From Octopus sinensis (taxonomy: Eukaryota), in contig NC_043000.1 in the NCBI RefSeq assembly GCF_006345805.1, positions 26,226,001 to 26,290,000 of the forward strand: a stretch of 64,000 bases of DNA, read 5' to 3'. Position numbers and translations under genes: made by a program. Below the pieces are notes generated by a model. The model worked only from the letters and a program-made list of their open reading frames with translations. It had not been told where the DNA came from and made no database searches. Positions 51,346 to 64,000 of the stretch are shown piece after piece; the first letter of the stretch is position 1, and every line of letters starts with the position of its first letter.

Positions 51346-51391
51346 AGAACGATCGGAAAGAAGCAAAAGGCCCTTAAAATAAATATTCTTT

Positions 51392-51959
51392 GCTACTCTA
51401 GGCACAAGGCTCAAATTTTTGGGGAGGGAGCCAGTCGATTAGATCGACCCCAGTACATAGCTTATCGACCTCCGAAATGATGAAAGGCTAAGTAGATCTC
51501 GGTGGAATTTGAACTCAGAACGTAAAGACAGACGAAATACCTATTTCTTTACTGCCCAGAAGGGTCTAAACACAGAGGGGACAAACAAAGACAGACAAAG
51601 GGATGAAGTCGATTACATCGACCCCAGTGCGTAACTGGTACTTATTTAATCGACCCCGAAAGGATGAAAGGCAAAGTCGACCTCGGCGGAATCTGAACTC
51701 AGAATGTAAAGACAGACAAAATACCTATTTCTTTACTGCCCACAAGGGGTTACACACAGAGGGGACAAATACGGACAGACAAAGGGATTAAGTCGATTAC
51801 ATCGACGCCAGTTCGTAACTGGTACTTATTTAATCGACCCCGAAAGGACGAAACGGCAAAGTCGACCTCGGCGGAATTTGAACACAGAACGTAGCGGCAG
51901 ACGAAATGCCGCTAAGCATTCCGTCCTGCGTGCTAACATTTCTGCCAGCATGCCGCCTT
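51392..51959 (-). mobile_element. SINE family B trimer
   Basis: Two junctions GAC(G/A)AAATAC|CTATTTCTTT near 51540 and 51725. Confidence 0.8.
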
Positions 51960-52916
51960 CTTAAAACTGAAGGTAAGTCAACATCCTGAAACATATGAAA
52001 ATAGAAACTGGGAAATATGAAATAAATGAAAAGAAGGGTTGAAGCAGTTAGAAAATCATTTGAAAAATATCAAAAATATTAACATCAAGAGTTATTAATA
52101 TCGAAATCAAAAGAGTCTTAAAATGTTTTGTATTGTTCACTCTACTCTATGAAGCTGAAACTTGGACATTGACAAAAGTATTATTATGCAATCAAATAGA
52201 AGACTTTTGCGAATATCATGGACAGAATACATGATCAATAAGGTATTTAAAACTGCAAAAGCTAACAAAATTTTGTTGGACACCTTCAAAGAGAAAAAAA
52301 TCTAAAATATTTTGGACACGTAATTAGAAAAAAGACAAAGCAAGGAATCTTTTAGAGAGACATTAAGACAAAATGAATGGAAAGAGATGAAGATGAAAAT
52401 CAAGAATTACGTGGATTGTGTGGCTAGATAATATAGAAAAGAAAATGGACAGACTTAAAATGCAGTGAATGTAAAAGAACAGCACAATGGAAGACGAAAA
52501 TAGTGATCCGTAGTATTCAGCTTGCTTATAGCAGACGATGCATGAAATTGATGAATCTGTGGCTTAGACTTCTTCATCTGATAATTAAGAAAGCTCTTTA
52601 ATTCAACTAGTAATTTCTATTTTTCTCATCTTACCAGATGTGCTGATGGCAAGAAAATTGAGCGTGTTATAACCGATGTCTGACCCAGAGCACAACAACG
52701 AGAAATATGCATGAATGAATACGAACTCTCAACCTCTTCATTCAAGAGACGGATGTATACGAAATACGGCCATTATAAATCCATTGATGGAATAATTTTC
52801 TCGTCATATTTAGAAATGTAATATTTCTATTTTTGTAACCAGTGGATTTATTTCACTAGAATTCTTATATGTTTACAAGGCCTAGATAAGCATCTCCAGC
52901 TAGCAGGGCATGCTAT

Positions 52917-52958
52917 TCCAGACTGATGACGAGCAAGACTCAGAAACTAGTCTCTGGA
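52917..52958 (+). ncRNA. Minimal type I hammerhead motif
   Basis: UCCAGA-CUGAUGA-C-GAG(CAAGA)CUC-A-GAAA-CUAGUC-UCUGGA; palindromic ACUAGU; GUC triplet, predicted cut after 52952; C.A mismatch at the base of stem II. Confidence 0.65.
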
Positions 52959-53120
52959 TGCAGGCTTAGCTGAGTGGGTGTGCTTGTCTCCCCCTTGTAA
53001 ACATAAGGACACAGGAAATGTGTCAAGGCCGACAGGAAGCGTTGATGCTTCCTAGGGCTAAATAGCAGTGGTGTGATTCCTTTCATGGGATTGTCACGTT
53101 AAGTTGACAGTATACAACTA

Positions 53121-53159
<39 letters not shown>

Positions 53160-53173
53160 TCTCTCTCTCTATC

Positions 53174-53251
<78 letters not shown>

Positions 53252-53561
53252 TATATATATATATATATATAATACATTCCAAAACCATGGGGTATCAAAA
53301 GATTCAGTACTATTTCGTCTACAAACTAAACTTAATTTCCATTCACATATTTGCATTTCAAAAATTTACATAATTTTTTCCATAAATCATCAATCGTAAA
53401 CATTTTATACGATGACGACGATGACGTCACATTTTCTATGTGTGTGTAACTTAAAAGACATCAATCATCACGACTCACACCTTCACTCACTCACTCACTC
53501 ACTCACTCACTCACTCTCTCTCTTTCTGTCTGTCTCTCTTTCTCCTTCTCACACACACGCG

Positions 53562-53605
<44 letters not shown>

Positions 53606-53872
53606 TATTTCATATACACGTACATACATCTTTCACTTTCTCATCTCTTTCACTTTCTTTCTCTCTGTCCTTTTCGCTTTCTCTTCTTTCAATTTCTGCT
53701 GTCTTCAAATACATTTTTACGGAATGAGCGGAAGGAACACAAAATGAGAAAAAGACAGAGACAAGAGGAAGAAGCAGAGACAGAAAACAAATTTCTATAG
53801 GAGAAGATGAAAGACAGGGATCGCGGCTGACAGAGAAATGCTGATGTTTCATGCCTTATGTATGCTCTAAAA

Positions 53873-53952
<80 letters not shown>

Positions 53953-55292
53953 GTGAGAGAGAGAGAGAGAGAAGGAGAGAGTGTGTGTGTGTGTGAGTGT
54001 GTATGTGTGTGAGTGTGTGTGTGTATGTGTGTGTGCATTCGTGTGTGTACGCATGCGTATGTTCCTTATGCATTCCAAAATTGGGTTGCCCATTTTGACT
54101 TATGGGGTATCAAAATATTCAATAATTTTTGGGCTATCAAATAAACTATATTTTCATTTACATATATTCTACGTTATCTCAAAAACCAGCTATAGTTATT
54201 TAAAGGACACTGCTCCACAACAACCGGGTTTCATTAGAAAGTTAAAATCGTTTCGCACTTTCAATTTTGACCAAAATTACAAAGTGTTGCATTACGAGAC
54301 TGACGATGTTTCAATAATGAAAGTAATGTTTCGCCGAATTAGTCACATCTATACTATAATTTATACTCTGGCTGCAGGCTTAGCTGAGTGGGTGTGCTTG
54401 TCTCCCCTTTGTAAACATAAGGACACAGGAAATGTGTCAAGGCCGACAGGAATTCTAATGTGAAAACATTAAGATCATCTTATTTCTATAATATTTGAAA
54501 TAGATGAATAATTTACATCCTAATGTGAACAACATTACGCATCGGCAACTTTTCGTCTTTACGGCCACCACAGCAGAATGATCTGTCAGTGTAATTGTTG
54601 ACTGATATAACGAAAGGCTGGAGGTGAAACCCTTGACAAAACACAATGAGGTGGCAGGTCCAAGGTATATAAAAATACACATTTACCGTTCAGTTACCAG
54701 TTCATAATTATCGCAGCAGTTGCAAGGTTGCACGGTATTTACAGTTACATATTTACCCTTAAGTTAACATTTAATACATGTGCTTAATATATGTATATTA
54801 AGAAAAATATGTATAATAATAATTATTGTGGCATTTACCGTTAAATTAGCAGTTCATAATGTACTTCTATATGGTTAATTTATACTGCATACAAAAATAA
54901 AAACATTCTACGTACATACAACTGCTTACAAAAATAGGGATTAATGTATAATTTCTTTCTATTTTGATAATCTTTTGTTTACAGTATAGAATAAACTATG
55001 CCACCAAAGAAAAAACATAATCTCTCCAAAAACAAGTATAAAGTAAGGAGGACTGTAGAAAACCGAAGACGAGAGTCTGAAGAGAGAAACGAGATGTGAT
55101 TTTCTCAAGATCAGCAAAGGCATGCTGCAGCACGTCAGACGGAGTCTCAAGAGAGAAGGGAGATGAGACTTTCCCAAGATAAGCAAATGCATGCTGCAGC
55201 ACTTAATGCTGGATCCTTAATTCAATAACAGAGATGTACTGTACTTGAATAGCAAGTGACCTGATCTGAGATCGTGTGCTGGAACGAAAACA

Positions 55293-55585
55293 ATTGCAGC
55301 CTGGAAGTTTATAAGCCATTTAAGAAACACAAAACCCGTTAGATTCACTTCAACATTTAAATTTAATTTGTCAAGATATTTTCGTCGCTGTGAGACCGCG
55401 ATCTGTTCACTGACAAAATTCCGTGCTGCATCGGAATTTTGTCAGTGAACGGAATTTTGTCAGTGAACAGGTCGCGGTCTCAAAGCGACGAAAATATTTT
55501 GACAAATTAAATTTAAATGTTGAAGTGAATCTAACGGTCTTTGTGTGTTTCTTAAATGGCTTATAAACACATTCCACGCTGCAAT
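55293..55585. mobile_element. Foldback element (about 130-bp arms) nested in the Helitron; variant hammerhead in the arms
   Basis: Arms 55293-55423 and about 55450-55585; 18-bp tandem duplication CGGAATTTTGTCAGTGAA near the centre. Confidence 0.85.
55456..55506 (+). ncRNA. Minimal type I hammerhead motif with swapped G3-C8 core
   Basis: UUUGUCA-GUGAACA-G-GUCGC(GGUCUCAAA)GCGAC-GAAA-AUAUUU-UGACAAA; 7-bp stem I, 5-bp stem II, palindromic AAAUAUUU; predicted cut after 55499. Confidence 0.65.
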
Positions 55586-56405
55586 CATTAAATCAATGTT
55601 TTAATGATTAGACAGAGGTCCAATAGAATAGCTCTCAGAAACAGATTACGTACAAATCCGTTCTTCACAACTCCTGAAGCTGTTTTCAGATATGATCCAT
55701 CGCATTCTTATAAAACTGATAACTGTCCAAATTGGTGTGCTAAACTGTCGTTTCTGTAGCGGTTTAAAATTTTCAAATGAAACAAATGTTGCTCAGGTTG
55801 TCAGGTAACATTGCCAGCACTACCAGCTCCTTCTCAACCTCTTATGGATCTTCTAGAAGGCACTTCCATCCAGTCAAAGGATTTTCTGAACAATATCAGG
55901 CAATGCAACTCTGCATTTCAAATGACATCGTTTACTGCATCTAACAAGATTGTTAAACATAAATTTACGCCGACGTCAAAGGTCAAGGGCAAGTCTATCA
56001 CCTCATTGGTTCCCTGTTGCCCACAAATGAACAACCACAGTTCCTTCAAATTTACTTTCTGAGTGATGTAGTACAACAAATCCGAAGTTGTCAAAATCTC
56101 AGATGATGGGTTGTGTTAGACACAGCGCTGATTGCTGCAAAAAAGAGTATATCCACTGATAGCTCTTTGGTGCCTTCAAAAACCACATAACCCCTCCCCA
56201 CCCAATTTTCCATGGCAGGTTAGGGCCTGAAATACTCCAAACAGACACATAGCATGTTGCTTAGTCGAATTAGCCCATCATTTATTCCACAAATGCTTTG
56301 CTGTCAATGCTGCACTTTCCCATATCACCTGTTTCAACATAACTCTAATATATTATATACAAACTATGGCAATTTAATCCCGAGCAACGTCGGGTATCTC
56401 TACTA

Positions 56406-56437
<32 letters not shown>

Positions 56438-56529
56438 CAATAAGAAAATGGAGGGGATCAATATGTGGTTCATCAACTTTTAGACATTATATTATGCTAG
56501 CTTATTTTTTTATTTACTAGACTGATAAT

Positions 56530-56560
<31 letters not shown>

Positions 56561-56790
56561 CATTATATGACTGAACGCCACCACGCATCCTCTTCCAAGT
56601 ATATATATATATATATATTATATATATATATATATGTATGTATGTATTCGTGGGAAATACCAAGGAAGAAAAGTTGTTTCGGTTGGAAACAGATAAAAGA
56701 TAAAAAACAAAATCGAGTACACAAAAGTAAACGTATGAACAATATGCGTAATGCAAAGCACACACATATCTGCACACACGGACACACACA

Positions 56791-56833
<43 letters not shown>

Positions 56834-56979
56834 ATCTTGCACACACACGTATTAGAATCATGTAAATATATAATGTGTAACAAACACGCACGCATATACA
56901 CAGACGCACCAACTCATACACGTATACACTTAAACAACACAAGTAATCGTACACTTATACAGATATTCCAACACACAGG

Positions 56980-57021
56980 TTGAGAAATGTATACATACAT
57001 ATACATACATACATACATACA

Positions 57022-57055
<34 letters not shown>

Positions 57056-57560
57056 CATACATATATGCATACATACTTATACACATACATTGTACATACA
57101 TACATACATAGATTCATACATTATACATATACATACATACATACACACATACGTTATACATATATACTTAAATACATACGCATACATAAATACTTACATA
57201 CATACATTATACATATACATACATACTTACATACATACATACATACATATATACATACATATTTAAATACATACATACATACATTATACATATACATACA
57301 TACATACATACATTATACATACATACATACATGCATACTTACATACATACATACATACACACATACATTATACATATGCATGTATATTTGATACACACAT
57401 ACATTATACATACCCATATATACATACATTCTATATATACATACATATTTAAATACATACATACATACTTACATATATTAATTCATATATACATGCATGC
57501 ATACATGCATACATACAAACATACAAAATACATACATACAAACATATATACGTACATACA
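56980..57560. repeat. Degenerate (CATA)n microsatellite
   Basis: Directly visible. Confidence 0.95.
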
Positions 57561-58135
57561 TACATATATTTATCTATGTATATAATATATCGTACACAAA
57601 AATATCAAGATGCACAAATACACACACACAGACATTTACACCAACACACAGGCAGAAATATACACTCACTCCAACGCGCAGGCGCACAAATCCAAAATAA
57701 TATAAATGTGCATCAGAGCAAACGAACACAGACATTCCAACGCAATCACCCAGATACAGAAATACAAATACACAAGGACAAACATAGAGAGAACATCAAC
57801 ACATACACACGCTTATACATCTACACCTACACCAACGCACAGGTACACAAGTATATAAAGCAATATAAATATACAATATAAATGTATAATATAAATATAT
57901 TATACAAATATATAGCACATTAAGATTAGATAGGAGCAAAAATGCAGAAACTGAAATTAGTTTCACAAGTGTTTACGACCGGAGGTAAGTAATTATAAGA
58001 GTTTTATAGATATTAGGTAAGAATTCCAATAGTTCTTTATATTTTTAAAATTTAATTTGGAATAAAACCACAAGGAATAAAAGACATGAATGACGAGAAC
58101 AATAATGGTGTTAATACAAAGTAATAATGATAATT

Positions 58136-58175
<40 letters not shown>

Positions 58176-58279
58176 GGATGTTGTTGTTGGGGATAATGAT
58201 GACGTCGAGAATAACAATCACGAGGATGCTCAATCTCACATCTATCTATCTATCTGTGTGTCTGTCTGTTTGTGTGTCA

Positions 58280-58328
<49 letters not shown>

Positions 58329-58477
58329 CCTATATCTATTTCTATATATATATATACCACTTGTATGTATGTACACACACATACATATATACATGTATGT
58401 GTGTATGTACATATATAAATATATATATGTATATATATGTATATATATATACACACATACATACATACATACATACA

Positions 58478-58513
<36 letters not shown>

Positions 58514-58974
58514 TATAAATATATACAAACTCTGCAATATTATCTGAGAGCTGTAAACAGTTCTCAGTGCACACATATACACACACACATACTTATATAT
58601 ATATAAGTATGTGTGTGTGTATATGTGTGCACTGAGAACTGTTTACAGCTCTCAGATAATATTGCAGAGTTTTATATAATTATTAAATCTTAGGTATCAC
58701 AATCTTGCATAACAAGCTGTGAAAGTGAGTGGCAGCATGGTGATATCTCAGATTCAAAGATCTAACTGTCACTCTGCCCGCCTGTCGGCCTGTCAGTCTG
58801 CCTGTCCGTCAGTCTGTCTGTCTGCCTGTCTGCCTGTCTGTCTGTCTAACTATTTATCTATTCCTCTGTGTGTGTGTATCTCTCTCTCTCTCTCTCTCTC
58901 TAGCTATCTATCCATCCATCTATGTATGTATCTATGTATGCATGTATGTATCTATGTATGTATGTATCTTTTCT

Positions 58975-59015
<41 letters not shown>

Positions 59016-59163
59016 GTATATACACATATACATATACATACCTACATACACACACACGAACATAAACATACATGTATAGGCGTTTCTAACACCATAATCA
59101 TATTTAGTGACAATTATAGTTTTCCTTTCTGGTAAAACATTGCATATTGATGTCAATATTAAT

Positions 59164-59164
<1 letters not shown>

Positions 59165-59250
<86 letters not shown>

Positions 59251-59313
59251 GTGTGTGTGTGTGTGTATATATATGTGTATATATATATATATGTATATAT
59301 ATATATACGTATG

Positions 59314-59411
<98 letters not shown>

Positions 59412-59418
59412 TTATATA

Positions 59419-59466
<48 letters not shown>

Positions 59467-59473
59467 GTATATA

Positions 59474-59529
<56 letters not shown>

Positions 59530-59625
59530 ATATACATATATATATATTATACACATATATTATATATATATGTATATATATATATATTATATTATATATA
59601 TATATACACATATATATACACACAT
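59165..59625. repeat. Long (TA)n-dominated tract
   Basis: Directly visible; explains ORFs 59107-59752. Confidence 0.95.
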
Positions 59626-60089
59626 ACCTGTCTATATTATATGTATGTGTGGGTGTTGCTTAATCAACCTTAAGCAACTGTCACTATCTAACATTAGCAC
59701 CAACGCAACCAATACCAGCATCGTAACCAATAGCAACCCAGCAACTCCCTAATGACCGATAACAACACCAACAATAATAATACCAACAAAAAACAAAAAA
59801 CCAAAAACAAAAAAAAAAACCACTTCTATCTGAAATAAAAGAGAGTCTCATGAGATAATGGTGGTGCTCTGGTTTACTTTAAACGCTGAATGGAATGTCT
59901 TTGATCTGAGGTCACTGAGGATTGACTTGAAACTAACCAGCAACAACAATACGTTAAACAAGAACAATATGATCGTTGTCACCATCAATAATACCTCCAC
60001 AATCACCGTCATTATCTTCACCAATACGAAAACGAATACAACCAACAACAGCGCCACCAACCCACAAACATCTGTGTGTGCGCGTGTAT

Positions 60090-60120
<31 letters not shown>

Positions 60121-60669
60121 CTGTTGTGTCTGGGGAGAGTCATTTTCTTTTTGTGCCTCATTATTTATCACACTCACTGGTAAAATTTCCACTTATTTCT
60201 TATTTTTATTTCCCTAAACTTTTCGTTGCGTGTTGCAACCTTTTCAATAGTTTTGACTCTGTCCGTTATTTACGCTGCGTTCCCTTTTGTTTGTTTGTGC
60301 GCATGTGTGGGGGTCAGTGTGTGTGTGGGGTCAGTGTGTGTGTGGGGTCAGTGTATGTGTGTGTGTGTGCGTGTGTGTGTTTGCATGTGTATGTATGTAT
60401 ATATGTGTGTGTATGCATATGTATATATGTATGTATGTGCGTGCATCTGTATGTACGTATCCTGCATATTTAAACATTTTAAAACTGATGTAATACTTAC
60501 AGTGTTTAATAAAATGAAGTAGCATGAAACGATTGTACTACACTACCTTGGATATCCTTGTTGCTTATTTTGATTATAATCACCCCGTTTGATTTATATG
60601 GATAATACCATACAAAATTCTGGTGCCTTTAACGTAAGTACCATATTTATCTGCATCTCTCTGTCTCTT

Positions 60670-60739
<70 letters not shown>

Positions 60740-61113
60740 GGAGAAATTGCACAAAATGCATAAATAAGTCTTGAGTAAGGCATTGGCACAGTTTTGACTA
60801 CCTGTTGTTATCCTTAGATTTATTGCAGCAACTTCGTAGTACTATGGATAGACTATAATCACCAAAATTGGAGCTTAACTATAATCTGTCCATAGCACTT
60901 ACGAAATAGCAGCCAAAAATTGGACTCTAAAATCACATTAAATGTTCATACAGTACCAGGAGAGAAGACAAAGAGACAAAATAAATACATAAAAAAAAAA
61001 TTATTATTACCTTTGAAGGTTTCTATTCTCATGCTGGCCACCTGATAAGATCGGTATTTAAATATCGATCTTATCCTTATTTATATAAAATTATATATAT
61101 ATAAAATTATATA

Positions 61114-61170
<57 letters not shown>

Positions 61171-61609
61171 ATCCAAACAAGAAAACCAGAAAAAAAGAGA
61201 AAAAAACACAGCAACGCAGGACGTGGAATAATTAAAGTATTATTGAATATATATATATATATATTTATATGTATATATTTATATAAATAAATTAGAAAAG
61301 AACCACCTTTTATCAGTTCAAAATGAAAAATTAAATTACACCATCTAGAAAATTACATATAATAGAAAGATAAAAAATATAACGATGATTAAGTAATGTG
61401 CAAAATAATAAATAAAACGTATATATTTGGTATATATTTTTTCTAATTTATATAAATATATATTTTGTGAAATTTAATTTAGTATTTCTAAATTGAATTT
61501 TTCCCTGTAAGTTTGGAATAATATTCCCTCATATTATATATAAATATAAATATATATATAAATATAAATAAATATATATATGTATGTATGTATGTGTGTA
61601 TATATGTTT

Positions 61610-61803
61610 GTATGTCTGTGTTTGTCCCCCAACATCACTTGACAACCGATGCTGTTGTGCTTACGTCCCCGTAACTTAGTGGTTCGACAAAAGAGACCGA
61701 TAGAATAAGTACTTGGCTTACAAAGAATAAGTCCTGGGTTCGATTTGCTAAAGGTGGTGCTCCAGCATGGCAGCAGTCAAATGACTGAAACAAATAAAAG
61801 AAT
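61610..61803 (+). mobile_element. SINE family A, 3' half
   Basis: Tail GGTGGTGCTCCAGCATGGCAGCAGTCAAATGACTGAAAC. Confidence 0.8.
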
Positions 61804-61842
61804 ATGCTCACAAGTACACCGTGTTGTTGTATGCATTCAAAG

Positions 61843-62160
61843 GAGCCCTCCGTCGGTTACAACGAGGAGCGTTCCTGTTGATCCGATCAACGGAACAGCT
61901 TGTTCGTGAAATTAACGTGCAAGTGGCTGAGCACTCCACAGACACGTGTACCCTTAATGTAGTTCTCAGGGAGATTCAGCGTGACACAGAGTGTGACAAG
62001 GCTGGCCCTTTGAAATACAGGTACAACTCGTTTTTGCAAGCAGAGTGGACTGGAGCAACGTGAAATAACGTGTCTTGCTCAATAGACAACGCGTCGCCGG
62101 GAATTGAACACACGATCTTACAATCGTGAGTCGAATGCCGTAACCACTAAGCCACGCGCC
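61843..62160 (-). mobile_element. SINE family C
   Basis: Reverse complement of the 13172-13490 family. Confidence 0.8.
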
Positions 62161-62514
62161 TTAACATTGTTATATGCAGAAGTGGTAGTGCATTAAATTA
62201 CATACAACAGGCAAATACATCTCTCCATTCTCCCTCCCTTTATATATACACACATATACACTCACTGACACAGAAACACTCATATACACACACAGCACTT
62301 ACACACACACACACACTCATGAACACGCACACAATCATGAAAACACAGAAACCCACACACACACTGACGTACAGGTACATATATGTGTGTTTGTGAGTAT
62401 GTGTGTGTGTGTGTATTTGTGAACTCCCATTTCCAAGATTGCTTCCGTAGTTCTTTCATACACTCAAAAGATATTCCGTTCATTTATGTGTTCCATAAAC
62501 TTGTATACAAGAAC

Positions 62515-62696
62515 CATCGCCATCATCGCCATCATCGCCGTTACCACCACCACCACCACCACCACCACCACCACCACCACCACCACCACCACCACCACCA
62601 TCATCGCCACCGCCAACACCGACACCAACAAACGCCACCACAAAGTACTACCACCATCACTACTACTACTCTACTACTACTACTACTACTATACTA

Positions 62697-62736
<40 letters not shown>

Positions 62737-62768
62737 GACTACTACTGCTACTACTATTACTGCTGCCG

Positions 62769-62818
<50 letters not shown>

Positions 62819-63051
62819 ACTTCTACTACTACTACTACTACTGCTACTACTACTGCTGCTGCTGTGACTACTACTCTACTACTATTACTGCTGCTGCTGC
62901 TACTACTACTCTACTACTATTACTGCTGCTGCTGCTGCTACTACTACTCTACTACTATTACTGCTGAGCTGCTACTACTACTCTACTACTTTTACTGCTG
63001 CTGCTGCTACTACTACTACTACTACTACTACTGCTGCTGCTACTACTACTA

Positions 63052-63082
<31 letters not shown>

Positions 63083-63600
63083 GACTACTACTCTACTACT
63101 ATTACTGGTGCTGCTGCTACTACCACTCTACTACTATTACTGCTGCTGCTACTACTACTACTACTACTACTACTACTAATACTAATACTACTACTATTAC
63201 TACTACCACTGCTGCTGCTGCTGCTTCAGTACGAACTCGTTGTGAAACAGTGTCTGGTAACGTCCACTTCAAGATAGCACAAGCAACAACGACAGCAACA
63301 TTATTTCATCAAAAAAAGCAGCAGCAACCGCGATAAAAGAAACACCAAGAACAACATCAACAACAACTACAATAACAACATTAAAGATAACAACAACACC
63401 AGCAACAACAGTTACAACCATAACAACAACAACAGCAAGAGCAGCAACAGCACAAGCAACAGCAGCAAAAGCAGCAGTAACAGCAGCAGCAGTAGCAGCA
63501 ACAAGAGTTACAACAATAACAACAACAACAACAACAGCAAAAGTTGTAGCAACGCTGACAATAACAACAACAACAACATGGAAAGCAACAATAACGGTAG
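62515..63600. repeat. Mosaic trinucleotide repeats (CCA/CTA/CTG block, then CAA/CAG block)
   Basis: Directly visible; explains ORFs 62383-63994. Confidence 0.95.
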
Positions 63601-63699
63601 AAGCCAGAAGAGAATTCCAAAAGGAAACCTGCCAATATAGGACGACATTGACGCAACATGGAAACACACACACACACACAGAATTACGCACACATACAT

Positions 63700-64000
63700 A
63701 ATACATACATACATACATACATATATACATACATACATACATATATACATACATACATGGATACATAAATACATACATACATACATACATACATACATAC
63801 ATACATACATACATACATAAATACATATATGCATACATACATAGATACATACATTCATACATACATACATACATAAATATATATATGCATAGATACATAA
63901 ATACATATATAAATACATACGTATGTATGTACATGCATACATACATAGATATATAAATACATATATGCATACATACATAGATACATAAATACATACATAC
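63700..64000. repeat. (CATA)n microsatellite
   Basis: Directly visible. Confidence 0.95.

Larger units (their letters stand above)
48620..52550 (+). mobile_element. Heavily decayed, near-full-length RTE-clade LINE interrupted by SINEs
   Basis: Colinear relics: EEAEEF..DDFNVNV, RNEAG, TRNLIDYLLI..ADINSDQNLVV (APE domain); KWISNEI; HADDMTI near 50730 (RT); TLLYEAETWTLTK, ISWTE, YFGHVIRK. Confidence 0.75.
54348..56406 (+). mobile_element. Internally deleted Helitron with RepHel N-terminal relics (5' end tentative)
   Basis: A|TCTATACTATAAT at 54348; ATG 54998 MPPKKKHNLS..QDQQRHAAARQTESQERRE; about 55730-56090 CRFCSGLKFSNET..CCSG..LPAL..NIRQCNSAFQMTSF..(frameshift)GQVYHLIGSLLP..PQFLQIYF; 3' CCCGAGCAACGTCGGG..CTAG|T. 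Confidence 0.8.

Noticed and set aside
54555-54585. TTTACGGCCACCAC resembling the 5S 5' end
   Set aside because: The match is only about 10-14 nt and does not continue.
61044-61075. 32-bp near-perfect palindrome GATAAGATCG..CGATCTTATC
   Set aside because: Isolated, next to (TA)n, with no element boundaries or GAAA; probably a foldback scar.
2438-62063. Recurrent ORFs containing WSTT, STPVRNWYL, RQSRPRRNLNSE, GFFQFPST or AEHSTDTC
   Set aside because: They are translations of SINE families A-D, not genes.
8510-62160. tRNA-like heads as tRNA genes
   Set aside because: All continue into SINE bodies and lack intact acceptor stems.
649-64000. Long low-complexity ORFs (poly-[20 protein letters not shown])
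   Set aside because: They are translations of microsatellites that lack stop codons, with no domain content.

Overview
Animal genomic DNA, almost certainly an octopus (coleoid cephalopod). This is inferred from dense (TA)n/(CA)n/(TATC)n/(CATA)n/(CTA)n microsatellites and tRNA-derived SINEs resembling known Octopus families. No host protein-coding gene can be supported, and nearly all listed ORFs are microsatellite or SINE read-throughs. Identifiable content: about 30 SINE copies in five families, decayed LINEs (RTE, CR1-like, probable L1/Tx1-like, Penelope GIY-YIG), Tc1/mariner and piggyBac-type elements, five Helitron-type elements and one dispersed 5S rRNA copy. The main discovery is about a dozen type I hammerhead ribozyme (HHR) motifs from roughly seven unrelated sequence families, found by eye. 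They include a 486-bp head-to-tail repeat with one complete HHR per unit (retrozyme-like), an inverted-repeat-flanked HHR element, and a foldback element whose HHR has a swapped G3-C8 core pair. All ribozyme activity statements are predictions from sequence. SINE and LINE boundaries are approximate.
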